From assembly GCF_050920415.1 (NCBI RefSeq), contig NZ_CP169309.1: a DNA stretch of 64,000 bases; one strand, given 5' to 3'. Numbering within the stretch: the first letter of the stretch is position 1; the number at the start of each line of letters is the position of its first letter. Origin of the DNA: Escherichia coli. Its GTDB lineage: Bacteria > Pseudomonadota > Gammaproteobacteria > Enterobacterales > Enterobacteriaceae. The translations under genes were made by a program, and so were the position numbers. Below are positions 53,904 to 63,155 of this stretch, one piece after another. The notes beneath the pieces are model-generated. The model searched no databases, was not told where the DNA came from, and was given only the letters and a program-made list of their open reading frames with translations.

Positions 53904-55397
53904 TTAGCCCCAGGTCACTGCTTCTGGTTTATCACCTCTGGCTTTCATTAGAGAATCATTATCAATATCACTTTTATATTTTAAAAACTTACCATACATC
54001 TGTTTTTCAATATCTGGTTTTTTACCGATCAGATTAAGTGTTTCAAAACGATCAGATTTAAGATTATAGAGATATTTCGGTTTATTATTGCGATCGATAA
54101 TCATCTTCCAGTCACCATCACAGATCGCCCATTCATCGGTTGGATCATCCTGGAATGGCATATCAATCCCGAAAATTAATGGCTTTTCGCGTTTCAATGC
54201 TTTTTGCTCAAGAACAGGAACCAACGATTCGCCATCAAAAGTGCGGTCCGTCGGTAATTTGAAGTTCATCATTTTCGCCAGCGTAGGCATCCAGTCCAGA
54301 CCATAAACGGGAGTATCTGAAACCATTCCCTTTGGAAGATGCTTTCCGTATTTAATAATCGCCGGAACACGGATGCCGCCTTCCCAAAGATTATCCTTGC
54401 GACCACGTAATCCATCAGTTTCCCCTGCCAAATTCAGTTCATAAACTTTACGTGCTTCACGGGTTACTGGGCCGTTATCACTGGTAAAAATAACGATGGT
54501 GTTATCTTCTTCACCCATCGCTTTGATTTTATCCAGTACTTTTCCAACCTGAGCATCCAGATAACTGATGTTGGCATAATATTCCCCCACACCACGCCAG
54601 GGTTTATCCGCCCAGTCGCCATAAAATAAATCAGGATGCTGCTTCTGATACGCGCTCATATATTGTGAGTACATGTCGAGGTATTTTTTGGGCGAAGCCA
54701 GGGGGCTATGCACTTCGGTAAAAGCGACATAAAGGAAGAAAGGCTTACTATCCTTTTTGTTATCCAACCAGTTAACGACTTCCGAACTGACATACTCACC
54801 ACTCATTTTATCGGCACGAGGTGTGGGTTGCCCGTTACGCAACCAACCCGTCGGATACACCATGCCAAAACGGGGACGCTCCTTCGCATTATCCAGAGTA
54901 GCGTCGGTAACAAAACCCGCCGTATTAACCAGTGAGTAATCAAAGCCCATATCTTTTGCCTGAGGCTGATCGGTACGATCGCCGCCTGCATTCAGATGCA
55001 GCTTACCCATCATTGCCGTGTCGTACCCTTGCGCTTTGAGTAGATTAGCAATCGTGAGTTCATTACGCCCTAATGCCACATCTTTTCCCGTTGGTATCCA
55101 TGAACGTATGCCGGTACGAAATGGCATCCGCCCCGTTAATAACCCCGCTCGCGAAGGAGAACTTAAGGGAGCTGGGGCATAGTAGTCAGTAAATTTGACG
55201 CCCTCCTGGGCAAGCCTGTCAATATTGGGGGTTTTAACGATCTGATGACCATATGTTGCTAAATCGCCATAACCTAAATCATCCGCCATAATAATGACTA
55301 AATTAGGTTGTTTAACCTCTGCGGCTAAGGCAGGACTAAAAGCATTCCCTGTGCAAACTGCAAGGCCGATCAAACTGGCCATTAACGTTTTCTGCAT
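53904..55397 (-). CDS. Secreted Ser-type sulfatase (arylsulfatase family)
   Basis: 497-aa ORF with signal peptide (MQKTLMASLIGLAVCTGNAFSPALA); sulfatase signature APAPLSSPSRAGLLTGR with Ser at the formylglycine position; N-terminal metal-binding region (IMADDLGYGDL). Confidence 0.85.
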   Translation of the reverse strand: MQKTLMASLIGLAVCTGNAFSPALAAEVKQPNLVIIMADDLGYGDLATYGHQIVKTPNIDRLAQEGVKFTDYYAPAPLSSPSRAGLLTGRMPFRTGIRSWIPTGKDVALGRNELTIANLLKAQGYDTAMMGKLHLNAGGDRTDQPQAKDMGFDYSLVNTAGFVTDATLDNAKERPRFGMVYPTGWLRNGQPTPRADKMSGEYVSSEVVNWLDNKKDSKPFFLYVAFTEVHSPLASPKKYLDMYSQYMSAYQKQHPDLFYGDWADKPWRGVGEYYANISYLDAQVGKVLDKIKAMGEEDNTIVIFTSDNGPVTREARKVYELNLAGETDGLRGRKDNLWEGGIRVPAIIKYGKHLPKGMVSDTPVYGLDWMPTLAKMMNFKLPTDRTFDGESLVPVLEQKALKREKPLIFGIDMPFQDDPTDEWAICDGDWKMIIDRNNKPKYLYNLKSDRFETLNLIGKKPDIEKQMYGKFLKYKSDIDNDSLMKARGDKPEAVTWG

Positions 55398-55417
55398 AAT
55401 TATTCCCTGATAAAAAA

Positions 55418-56178
55418 TTAGAAATCATAACCAAGCATATAAATCATTTGATCGCCAAAGCCATCGTAGCCCAGCTTATTATCGAAATAACGCCACGTCA
55501 CACTGGCTTTCCAGCGAGGATAGAACTTCCAGGCAATAGTTAAACCGCCATTTAACCCGTTCCGACCAAATTGCTGCTCCGTGTAAGCATCGTTCCTATC
55601 CAGTTCTATTTCATTCCAGTTAGATAAAACAAATTTTTCGTCAAATAACATAAATGGCAATACTGCTGTCCAGCCAACAACATAACCATTCCAACCATTC
55701 GTTTGACCATATTTAGCTGATACGTAGTCACCAGATTGATTATGTAATCCAATATACGGTTTACCCCCCCCCATGAACCATTCCAGCCGAGGTAGCCCAA
55801 ACCATAAAACATATCAAGATCGTCACCCCATGAGTTATCCCATTGACCATAGATCTTGCCAAAGAAAGTCATATCAGAGTCAAAGAGTCTGACATGCGTC
55901 ATTGCTGAAACTGTATGATTTCTCCCTGCTACAGCATGATTGAGTACATTACTTTCATAAAATGAGTAAAATTCTGCTTCTTTAAAATTTACCCCAAAAT
56001 CCGCAGTCACTTTCCATACTTCACCACGGTGAGTGTTTACAAATCCACTATTCCAGTCTGCATAACCCGCATTTATTGAACCAAAGGTTCCTTTATATTC
56101 TAATGAAGAATATGCAGGAAAATGATAGATAGCTGTTATCAGGGTACACGCAATAAGAAGTCGTCTTTTGGCAGACAT
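55418..56178 (-). pseudogene. Tsx-like outer-membrane beta-barrel channel, frameshifted in a G9 homopolymer
   Basis: ORFs 55606..56178 and 55418..55774 in different frames; signal-peptide-like N-terminus (MSAKRRLLIACTLITAIYHFPAYS), aromatic-rich beta-strand composition, C-terminal ...YMLGYDF. The frames meet at the homopolymer at 55764..55772. Lies 20 bp upstream of the sulfatase. Confidence 0.75.
55764..55772. repeat. Homopolymeric tract C9 (G9 on the coding strand) inside the channel gene
   Basis: Seen in sequence: TTA-CCCCCCCCC-ATGAACC. Coding strand reads TCA TGG GGG GGG GTA AAC (out of frame); 10 G would give TCA TGG GGG GGG GGT AAA CCG = S W G G G K P. Confidence 0.9.
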
Positions 56179-56690
56179 ATAATATGTTCTCCATTCATTG
56201 TTTTTATGATTCCATAGGAATTAATACACCAGACAATTCATTTTTATTAAGAATGACCAAGCCAGTATATTTAAAGATGACTATCGAAGCGTGATGAAGA
56301 TCGCAGATTACTTTTGCGAACGGGCGGAGAGATATCGTGTTTCAGAAAATGTGTCTGTTTTAAATATCACCCTTTGATTTATAGGCATTTTTCATGATGA
56401 ACTTAGCATTGACTGCTGAACGTATTTCTTTGTCTCTCTATAGTATTACACTAACCTTTAATAATTAATTTCCTTTAGCTATTCACTTTTGATAGAGGAA
56501 AACACCTTTTTTTTGTGAATCCCTGGATATATTTAAGTTAAATAAATTGATGTATTGAAATATTATTCCGTAAAAATGCGAGGCGTCTTCAGAAAAAGAA
56601 TTGATAAAACAGAAGTGAATTAAAAGCGCTGTATAATAGCGGCGGGTGCTTGAGGCTATCTGTCTCAGGCATTAGCTGAACGGCAGATAG

Positions 56691-56745
56691 AGAAAAGCCC
56701 CGAGTGATATTTTACCATCAACCCGAGGCCCCCTATATGCTGAAC
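56691..56745 (-). ncRNA. sokC: Putative SokC antisense RNA of the hokC locus (approximate)
   Basis: Placed by analogy to K-12, where the ~55-nt sokC overlaps the 5' end of mokC on the opposite strand. Boundaries are not determined from this sequence. Confidence 0.35.
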
Positions 56746-56946
56746 ACATGTAGAGTGCCTCTTACTGACCGTAAGGTCAAGGAGAAGAGAGCAATGAAGC
56801 AGCATAAGGCGATGATTGTCGCCCTGATCGTCATCTGTATCACCGCCGTAGTGGCGGCGCTGGTAACGAGAAAAGACCTCTGTGAGGTTCACATCCGAAC
56901 TGGCCAGACGGAGGTTGCTGTTTTCACGGCTTACGAATCCGAGTAA
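56737..56946 (+). CDS. mokC: MokC, overlapping regulatory reading frame of hokC
   Basis: In-frame upstream extension of hokC (MLNTCRVPLTDRKVKEKRA-MKQHK...); 69 codons sharing the hokC stop. Confidence 0.6.
   Translation: MLNTCRVPLTDRKVKEKRAMKQHKAMIVALIVICITAVVAALVTRKDLCEVHIRTGQTEVAVFTAYESE
56794..56946 (+). CDS. hokC: Type I toxin HokC (Gef), small membrane peptide
   Basis: 50-aa reading frame MKQHKAMIVALIVICITAVVAALVTRKDLCEVHIRTGQTEVAVFTAYESE, the Hok/Gef sequence. Confidence 0.85.
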   Translation: MKQHKAMIVALIVICITAVVAALVTRKDLCEVHIRTGQTEVAVFTAYESE

Positions 56947-57019
56947 GAGCAACGGCGGGGAGTGATCCCCGCCACTTTACAGGTGCTCGCATATCTTCAA
57001 CGCACCCTATTTTTACCCA

Positions 57020-57043
57020 AGCCTGCCCACAGGCAGGCTTTTG
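57020..57043 (+). terminator. Hairpin plus T-run at the 3' end of the hokC transcript
   Basis: Seen in sequence: AGCCTGCC-CAC-AGGCAGGCT followed by TTTT, between the hokC and dnaJ stops. Confidence 0.45.
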
Positions 57044-57049
57044 GGGAGG

Positions 57050-58180
57050 TTAGCGAGTCAGGTCGTCAAAAAACTTCTTCACACCATCAAAGAAGCTCTT
57101 TGAGCGCGGACTGTTGTGCTCGCCGGTTGGGCCACCGAAGCTTTCTTGCAGCTCTTGCAGCAGCTGTTTCTGCTTCTCGTTCAGGCCTACCGGTGTTTCG
57201 ACGACAACGCGGCACAGCAAATCACCCTGTGCGCCGCCGCGGACAGACTTGACGCCTTTACCGCGCATACGGAACAGCTTACCGGTCTGGGTTTCGCCAG
57301 GCACTTTCAGTTTGACGCGGCCATCAAGGGTCGGTACTTCGATTTCGCCCCCCAGCGCCGCCATAGCGAAGTTGATCGGGACTTCGCAATACAGGTTGTT
57401 GCCTTCACGCTCGAAAATCGGGTGCTGTTTAACCTGAACCTGAACGTACAGATCGCCTGCCGGTGCGCCATGCTCGCCCGCTTCACCTTCGCCCGCAAGA
57501 CGGATGCGGTCTCCAGTGTCCACCCCTGCCGGAATTTTAACGGACAGCGTTTTGCTGCGCTCAACACGCCCATGACCATGACATTTGTTGCACGGATCTT
57601 TGATCAGCGTACCGCGGCCCTGACAGTGTGGACAGGTCTGCTGCACAGCAAAGAAGCCCTGGCGCATCTGCACCTGACCAGAGCCATGACAGGTCGGACA
57701 GGTCTGCGGCTGTGTACCTGGTTTTGCACCGCTACCGTGGCAAACGTCACACTCTTCCAGAGTCGGAATGCGGATCTCTTTGGTCACGCCACGTACAGCT
57801 TCTTCGAGGGTGAGCTCCATGTTATAGCGTAAATCAGCACCGCGCGCCGCACGTTGACGACCACGTCCGCCGCCAAAAATATCGCCGAAAACGTCACCAA
57901 AAATATCGCTGAAGTCTGCGCCGCCGCCAAAACCGCCGCCGCCCATGCCGCCTTGCTCAAACGCAGCATGACCATACTGATCGTATGCCGCACGTTTTTG
58001 CGAGTCGGTCAGAACTTCATAAGCTTCCTTGATCTCTTTAAATTTCGCCTCGGCCTCTTTGTCACCCTGGTTACGGTCCGGGTGGTATTTCATGGCCAGG
58101 CGTTTGTAGGCCTTTTTGATTTCACGCTCTTCCGCTGTTTTGGAAACGCCTAAAATCTCGTAATAATCTTGCTTAGCCAT
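57050..58180 (-). CDS. dnaJ: Chaperone DnaJ (Hsp40)
   Basis: ORF track 57050..58210; start at [12 protein letters not shown] (376 aa); J-domain HPD motif, Gly-rich linker, four CxxCxGxG zinc-finger repeats. Confidence 0.97.
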
Positions 58181-58268
58181 CTTTTTTGATTTGCCCCTAG
58201 ATGAATGCACGGGCGGAGAGGAAATTCCCCTTCGCCCGTGTCAGTATAATTACCCGTTTATAGGGCGA

Positions 58269-60185
58269 TTATTTTTTGTCTTTGACTTCTTCAAATTCAG
58301 CGTCGACAACATCGTCATCTTTCGCGTTGTTTGCAGAAGCATCAGCACCGGCAGTCTGCTGCTGGGCATGTTGCTGCTGGGCGATTTCCATCAGTTTCTG
58401 GGAAACCTGTGCCAGTTCCTGCATTTTCGCTTCGATAGCGGCTTTGTCTTCACCTTTCAGAGCAGTTTCCAGTGCAGTCAGCGCAGACTCGATAGCAGTT
58501 TTGTCGTCAGCTGGCAGTTTATCGCCTGCTTCTTCAACCTGCTTACGGGTGCTGTGCAGCAGATGGTCGCCCTGGTTGCGAGTCTGTACCAGCTCTTCAA
58601 ACTTACGGTCAGCTTCGGCGTTCGCTTCTGCGTCGCGTACCATTTTCTGGATTTCATCTTCGTTCAGACCAGAAGAAGCCTTGATGGTGATCTTCTGCTC
58701 TTTACCGCTGTTTTTATCTTTCGCGGAAACGTGCAGGATACCGTCAGCATCGATATCGAAGGTAACTTCGATCTGCGGCATACCGCGCGGTGCCGGGTTG
58801 ATGCCATCCAGGTTGAACTGACCCAGAGATTTGTTATCAGCCGCACGTTTACGTTCACCCTGCAGCACATGGATGGTTACCGCAGACTGGTTGTCTTCAG
58901 CGGTAGAGAACACCTGGCTGTGCTTGGTCGGGATAGTGGTGTTTTTCGCGATCAGCGTCGTCATCACACCGCCCATGGTTTCGATACCCAGAGACAGCGG
59001 GGTAACGTCCAGCAGCAGTACGTCTTTTACGTCACCAGTCAGAACACCACCCTGAACAGCAGCACCGATGGCTACAGCTTCGTCCGGGTTAACGTCTTTA
59101 CGCGGCTCTTTACCAAAGAATTCAGCAACTTTCTTCTGAACCATTGGCATACGAGTCTGACCACCAACGAGGATAACGTCGTCGATATCAGATACGGACA
59201 GGCCAGCGTCCTGCAGTGCAACTTTCAGCGGCTCAATGGAACGGTTTACCAGATCTTCAACCAGGCTTTCCAGTTTCGCACGAGTCACTTTGATGTTCAT
59301 GTGTTTCGGACCGGTCGCGTCTGCAGTGATGTACGGCAGGTTAACGTCGGTCTGCTGAGCGGAAGACAGCTCGATTTTCGCTTTTTCTGCCGCTTCTTTC
59401 AGGCGCTGCATTGCCAGCGGATCGTTGCGCAGGTCAATGCCCTGATCTTTCTTGAATTCTTCAACCAGATAGTTAATCAGACGGCTGTCGAAGTCTTCAC
59501 CACCCAGGTGGGTATCACCGTTGGTTGCCAGAACTTCGAAGGTTTTTTCGCCGTCAACTTCGTCGATTTCGATAATGGAAATATCGAAAGTACCACCACC
59601 CAGGTCATAAACCGCGATAGTACGGTTGCCAGTACCTTTGTCCAGACCATAAGCCAGCGCAGCTGCGGTCGGTTCGTTGATGATACGTTTTACTTCCAGA
59701 CCAGCGATACGGCCTGCGTCTTTGGTTGCCTGACGCTGAGCATCGTTAAAGTATGCCGGTACGGTAATAACAGCTTCAGTTACCGGTTCGCCCAGGTAAT
59801 CTTCCGCGGTTTTCTTCATTTTTTTCAGCACTTCAGCAGAGATCTGCGGCGGTGCCATTTTCTGGCCTTTAACTTCGACCCATGCGTCGCCGTTATCAGC
59901 AGCAATAATTTTGAATGGCATGATGGAAACATCACGCTGTACTTCTTCGTCCTGGAAGCGGCGGCCAATCAGGCGTTTAATCGCAAACAGGGTGTTTTGC
60001 GGGTTTGTCACTGCCTGACGTTTAGCCGGCTGACCAACCAGAGTTTCACCATCCTGGGTATAGGCAATGATAGAAGGCGTGGTGCGATCGCCTTCGGCGT
60101 TCTCCAGCACTCGCGGAGTGGTGCCATCCATAATCGCTACACAAGAGTTGGTAGTACCCAGGTCGATACCAATTATTTTACCCAT
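58269..60185 (-). CDS. dnaK: Chaperone DnaK (Hsp70)
   Basis: 638-aa [24 protein letters not shown]... Confidence 0.98.
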
Positions 60186-60350
60186 CTAAACGTCTCCACT
60201 ATATATTCGGTCATCATGTGGTTGTGAGTCTGTAATAGGGGCGAAACGTCTGGTTTCAACTGCCCAATTTCATTTTTTTGCAGACTCACTCACTGCGGTT
60301 GACTACTAAATGGGGTCGTAACCCACGTCATCAAGGGGGAGATGCAAAAA
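60186..60350 (-). promoter_or_regulatory. dnaK heat-shock (sigma-32) promoter region
   Basis: Minus strand shows CTTGATG...CCCCATTT (plus 60308..60345) and TTGAAAC...CCCCTATT (plus 60234..60259), matching the sigma-32 consensus TTGAAA / CCCCATNT. Confidence 0.7.
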
Positions 60351-60560
60351 TTTTTTGTGCTTTTGCGCAGAAATTTCGCGATATGCCAGAACAAGACACG
60401 AAACTGACAGCAATTTTATTCATATAAAGAATGAATGGCAGCCAAGACATTCATAGAAAAATTGTAATAAAAAGAAAATATTACGTACCTGAATCTTCTC
60501 TTTATCAGCAGTAAACTAGTGGGTATTCATCCCCTACCTCTCCCCACTAAGAGAATACTT

Positions 60561-60965
60561 ATGAAATCCGTTTTTACGCTTTCCGCCAGCCTGGCGATTA
60601 GCCTGCTGCTGTGCTGCACGGCGCAGGCAAACAACCATAAAATCCTCGGCGTCATTGCGATGCCGCGTAACGAAACCAACGATCTGGCGCTGAAACTTCC
60701 TGTTTGTCGCATTGTTAAACGCATTCAACTCACTGCCGACCATGGCGATTTACAGTTAAGTGGTGCATCGGTTTATTTCAAAGCCGCCCGTAGCGCCAGT
60801 CAGAGCCTGAATATTCCTTCAGAAATAAAAGAAGGGCAAACCACTGACTGGATCAACATTAACAGCGATAACGACAATAAACGCTGCGTCTCAAAAATCA
60901 CCTTTTCCGGCCATACGGTGAACTCATCGGATATGGCCACGCTGAAAATTATCGGCGACGACTAA
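60561..60965 (+). CDS. yaaI: Periplasmic DUF2541 protein YaaI
   Basis: ORF track 60519..60965; start at [23 protein letters not shown] (signal peptide; 134 aa). Confidence 0.85.
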   Translation: MKSVFTLSASLAISLLLCCTAQANNHKILGVIAMPRNETNDLALKLPVCRIVKRIQLTADHGDLQLSGASVYFKAARSASQSLNIPSEIKEGQTTDWININSDNDNKRCVSKITFSGHTVNSSDMATLKIIGDD

Positions 60966-60990
60966 CGCCAGAATATAGAAGCCACAAAAA

Positions 60991-61704
60991 ATGAATGTTA
61001 ATTACCTGAATGATTCAGATCTGGATTTTCTCCAGCATTGTAGTGAGGAACAATTGGCAAATTTCGCCCGGCTGCTCACCCATAATGAAAAAGGCAAAAC
61101 TCGCCTCTCCAGCGTACTGATGCGCAACGAACTGTTTAAATCGATGGAAGGACATCCCGAGCAACATCGCCGCAACTGGCAGCTGATTGCCGGAGAATTA
61201 CAGCATTTTGGTGGCGATAGTATCGCCAACAAACTGCGTGGACACGGTAAATTGTATCGGGCCATTTTGCTCGATGTTTCAAAACGATTGAAGCTGAAAG
61301 CCGACAAAGAGATGTCTACGTTTGAAATTGAGCAACAGTTACTGGAACAATTTCTGCGTAATACCTGGAAGAAAATGGACGAGGAACATAAGCAGGAGTT
61401 TCTGCACGCGGTCGATGCCAGGGTGAATGAGCTGGAAGAGCTGCTGCCGCTGCTGATGAAAGACAAATTATTGGCAAAAGGCGTGTCGCATTTGCTTTCC
61501 AGCCAATTGACCCGCATTTTACGCACCCACGCAGCAATGAGCGTACTTGGGCATGGTTTGCTGCGCGGCGCGGGGCTGGGAGGCCCTGTAGGCGCGGCAC
61601 TAAATGGGGTTAAAGCGGTCAGCGGCAGCGCCTATCGCGTGACGATTCCAGCCGTACTGCAAATCGCCTGCCTGCGCCGGATGGTTAGTGCCACTCAGGT
61701 CTGA
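60991..61704 (+). CDS. yaaW: UPF0174 protein YaaW
   Basis: 237-aa ORF at the yaaW position between yaaI and satP. Confidence 0.85.
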   Translation: MNVNYLNDSDLDFLQHCSEEQLANFARLLTHNEKGKTRLSSVLMRNELFKSMEGHPEQHRRNWQLIAGELQHFGGDSIANKLRGHGKLYRAILLDVSKRLKLKADKEMSTFEIEQQLLEQFLRNTWKKMDEEHKQEFLHAVDARVNELEELLPLLMKDKLLAKGVSHLLSSQLTRILRTHAAMSVLGHGLLRGAGLGGPVGAALNGVKAVSGSAYRVTIPAVLQIACLRRMVSATQV

Positions 61705-61852
61705 TACCGGAAACCGGGGAAAATTTTCATTTTCCCTTCAAAAGATCGTAGACACTGCCCCACTGGCTGATTATTATGCCGCGCCCTGAAAACACTACAG
61801 TTATTCAGGGAAATTATTTCACCATTCATTCGATGATGATTTTTGAGGAATT

Positions 61853-62419
61853 ATGGGCAACACTAAGTTGGCTAATCCGGCACCGCTGGGCCTGATGGGC
61901 TTCGGCATGACCACCATTCTGCTTAACCTGCACAACGTGGGTTATTTCGCTCTTGACGGTATTATTCTTGCAATGGGCATTTTCTACGGCGGCATCGCGC
62001 AAATTTTTGCTGGTCTGCTGGAGTACAAAAAAGGCAACACTTTCGGTTTAACCGCATTCACCTCTTACGGTTCTTTCTGGCTGACGCTGGTTGCGATTCT
62101 GCTGATGCCGAAACTGGGTCTGACCGATGCGCCAAATGCACAGTTCCTTGGTGTCTACCTTGGTCTGTGGGGCGTATTTACGCTGTTTATGTTCTTCGGC
62201 ACGCTGAAAGGCGCACGCGTTCTGCAATTCGTTTTCTTTAGCCTGACCGTGCTGTTTGCCCTGCTGGCGATCGGTAACATTGTCGGTAATGCCGCGATCA
62301 TCCACTTTGCCGGCTGGATTGGTCTGATCTGCGGTGCCAGCGCAATCTATCTGGCGATGGGTGAAGTACTGAACGAGCAGTTTGGTCGCACCGTTCTGCC
62401 GATTGGTGAATCCCACTAA
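61853..62419 (+). CDS. satP: Succinate/acetate:H+ symporter SatP (YaaH)
   Basis: 188-aa six-helix ORF MGNTKLANPAPLGLMGFGMTTILLNLHN... Confidence 0.93.
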   Translation: MGNTKLANPAPLGLMGFGMTTILLNLHNVGYFALDGIILAMGIFYGGIAQIFAGLLEYKKGNTFGLTAFTSYGSFWLTLVAILLMPKLGLTDAPNAQFLGVYLGLWGVFTLFMFFGTLKGARVLQFVFFSLTVLFALLAIGNIVGNAAIIHFAGWIGLICGASAIYLAMGEVLNEQFGRTVLPIGESH

Positions 62420-62429
62420 TTGTTTTGAG

Positions 62430-62456
62430 ATCCCCCCGCATGGGGGGATTTTTTTA
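62430..62456. terminator. Bidirectional intrinsic terminator between convergent satP and mog
   Basis: Seen in sequence: ATCCCCCCGCATGGGGGGAT (perfect palindrome) flanked by T-run on the plus strand and A-run upstream. Confidence 0.75.
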
Positions 62457-63041
62457 TTCGCTAACTTCGCGTCTTGCACTCTTCGGTCTGAATGCTGCAA
62501 CCACTTCCGGTGCCGTTTCAACGTATGGCCCTTCCAGCAACTGAATGCAGTACGGTACGCTGGCAAAAATACCGTGCACCACAACGTTACCCTCAGCGTC
62601 CTTCACACCTTCCAGCGTCTCTTTAATAGACTTCGGCTGACCGGGTAAGTTAAGGATTAGTGCTTGTTTGCGAATCACGCCCACCTGGCGCGAAAGGATC
62701 GCGGTTGGAACAAAATGCAGGCTAATTTGGCGCATCTGTTCACCAAAGCCTGGCATCTCGCGGTCCGCTACTGCCAGCGTCGCATCGGGCGTGACGTCAC
62801 GACGCGCCGGGCCAGTTCCGCCCGTGGTGAGCACCAGATGGCAACTCATTTCATCCACCAGCTCACACAACGTTTGCTCGATGATCGCCTGCTCGTCGGG
62901 GATTAAGCGGGTTTCCAGTTCAAACGGCGTGGTTAGCGCCGATGTCAGCCATTCTTCCAGCGCAGGGATGCCTTTATCCTGATAAACGCCGCTGGATGCG
63001 CGATCAGAGATGGAAACTAAGCCAATACGTAAAGTATTCAT
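62454..63041 (-). CDS. mog: Molybdopterin adenylyltransferase MogA
   Basis: ORF track 62454..63044; start at MNTLRIGLVSISDRASSGVY (195 aa). Confidence 0.93.
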   Translation of the reverse strand: MNTLRIGLVSISDRASSGVYQDKGIPALEEWLTSALTTPFELETRLIPDEQAIIEQTLCELVDEMSCHLVLTTGGTGPARRDVTPDATLAVADREMPGFGEQMRQISLHFVPTAILSRQVGVIRKQALILNLPGQPKSIKETLEGVKDAEGNVVVHGIFASVPYCIQLLEGPYVETAPEVVAAFRPKSARREVSE

Positions 63042-63155
63042 CAAGATTTTTCCGTTTAAACAGTCTCGTTAAACAGAATGATACACTGCGAAGGGAGTGA
63101 CAGACAGGCTTCAGAAGAGGTAGCGTGACCGACTTCCCGGTCACGCTAAGAATGA

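Noticed and set aside
58191-60227. 678-aa ORF on the plus strand
   Set aside because: Antisense to dnaK; no recognisable protein features.
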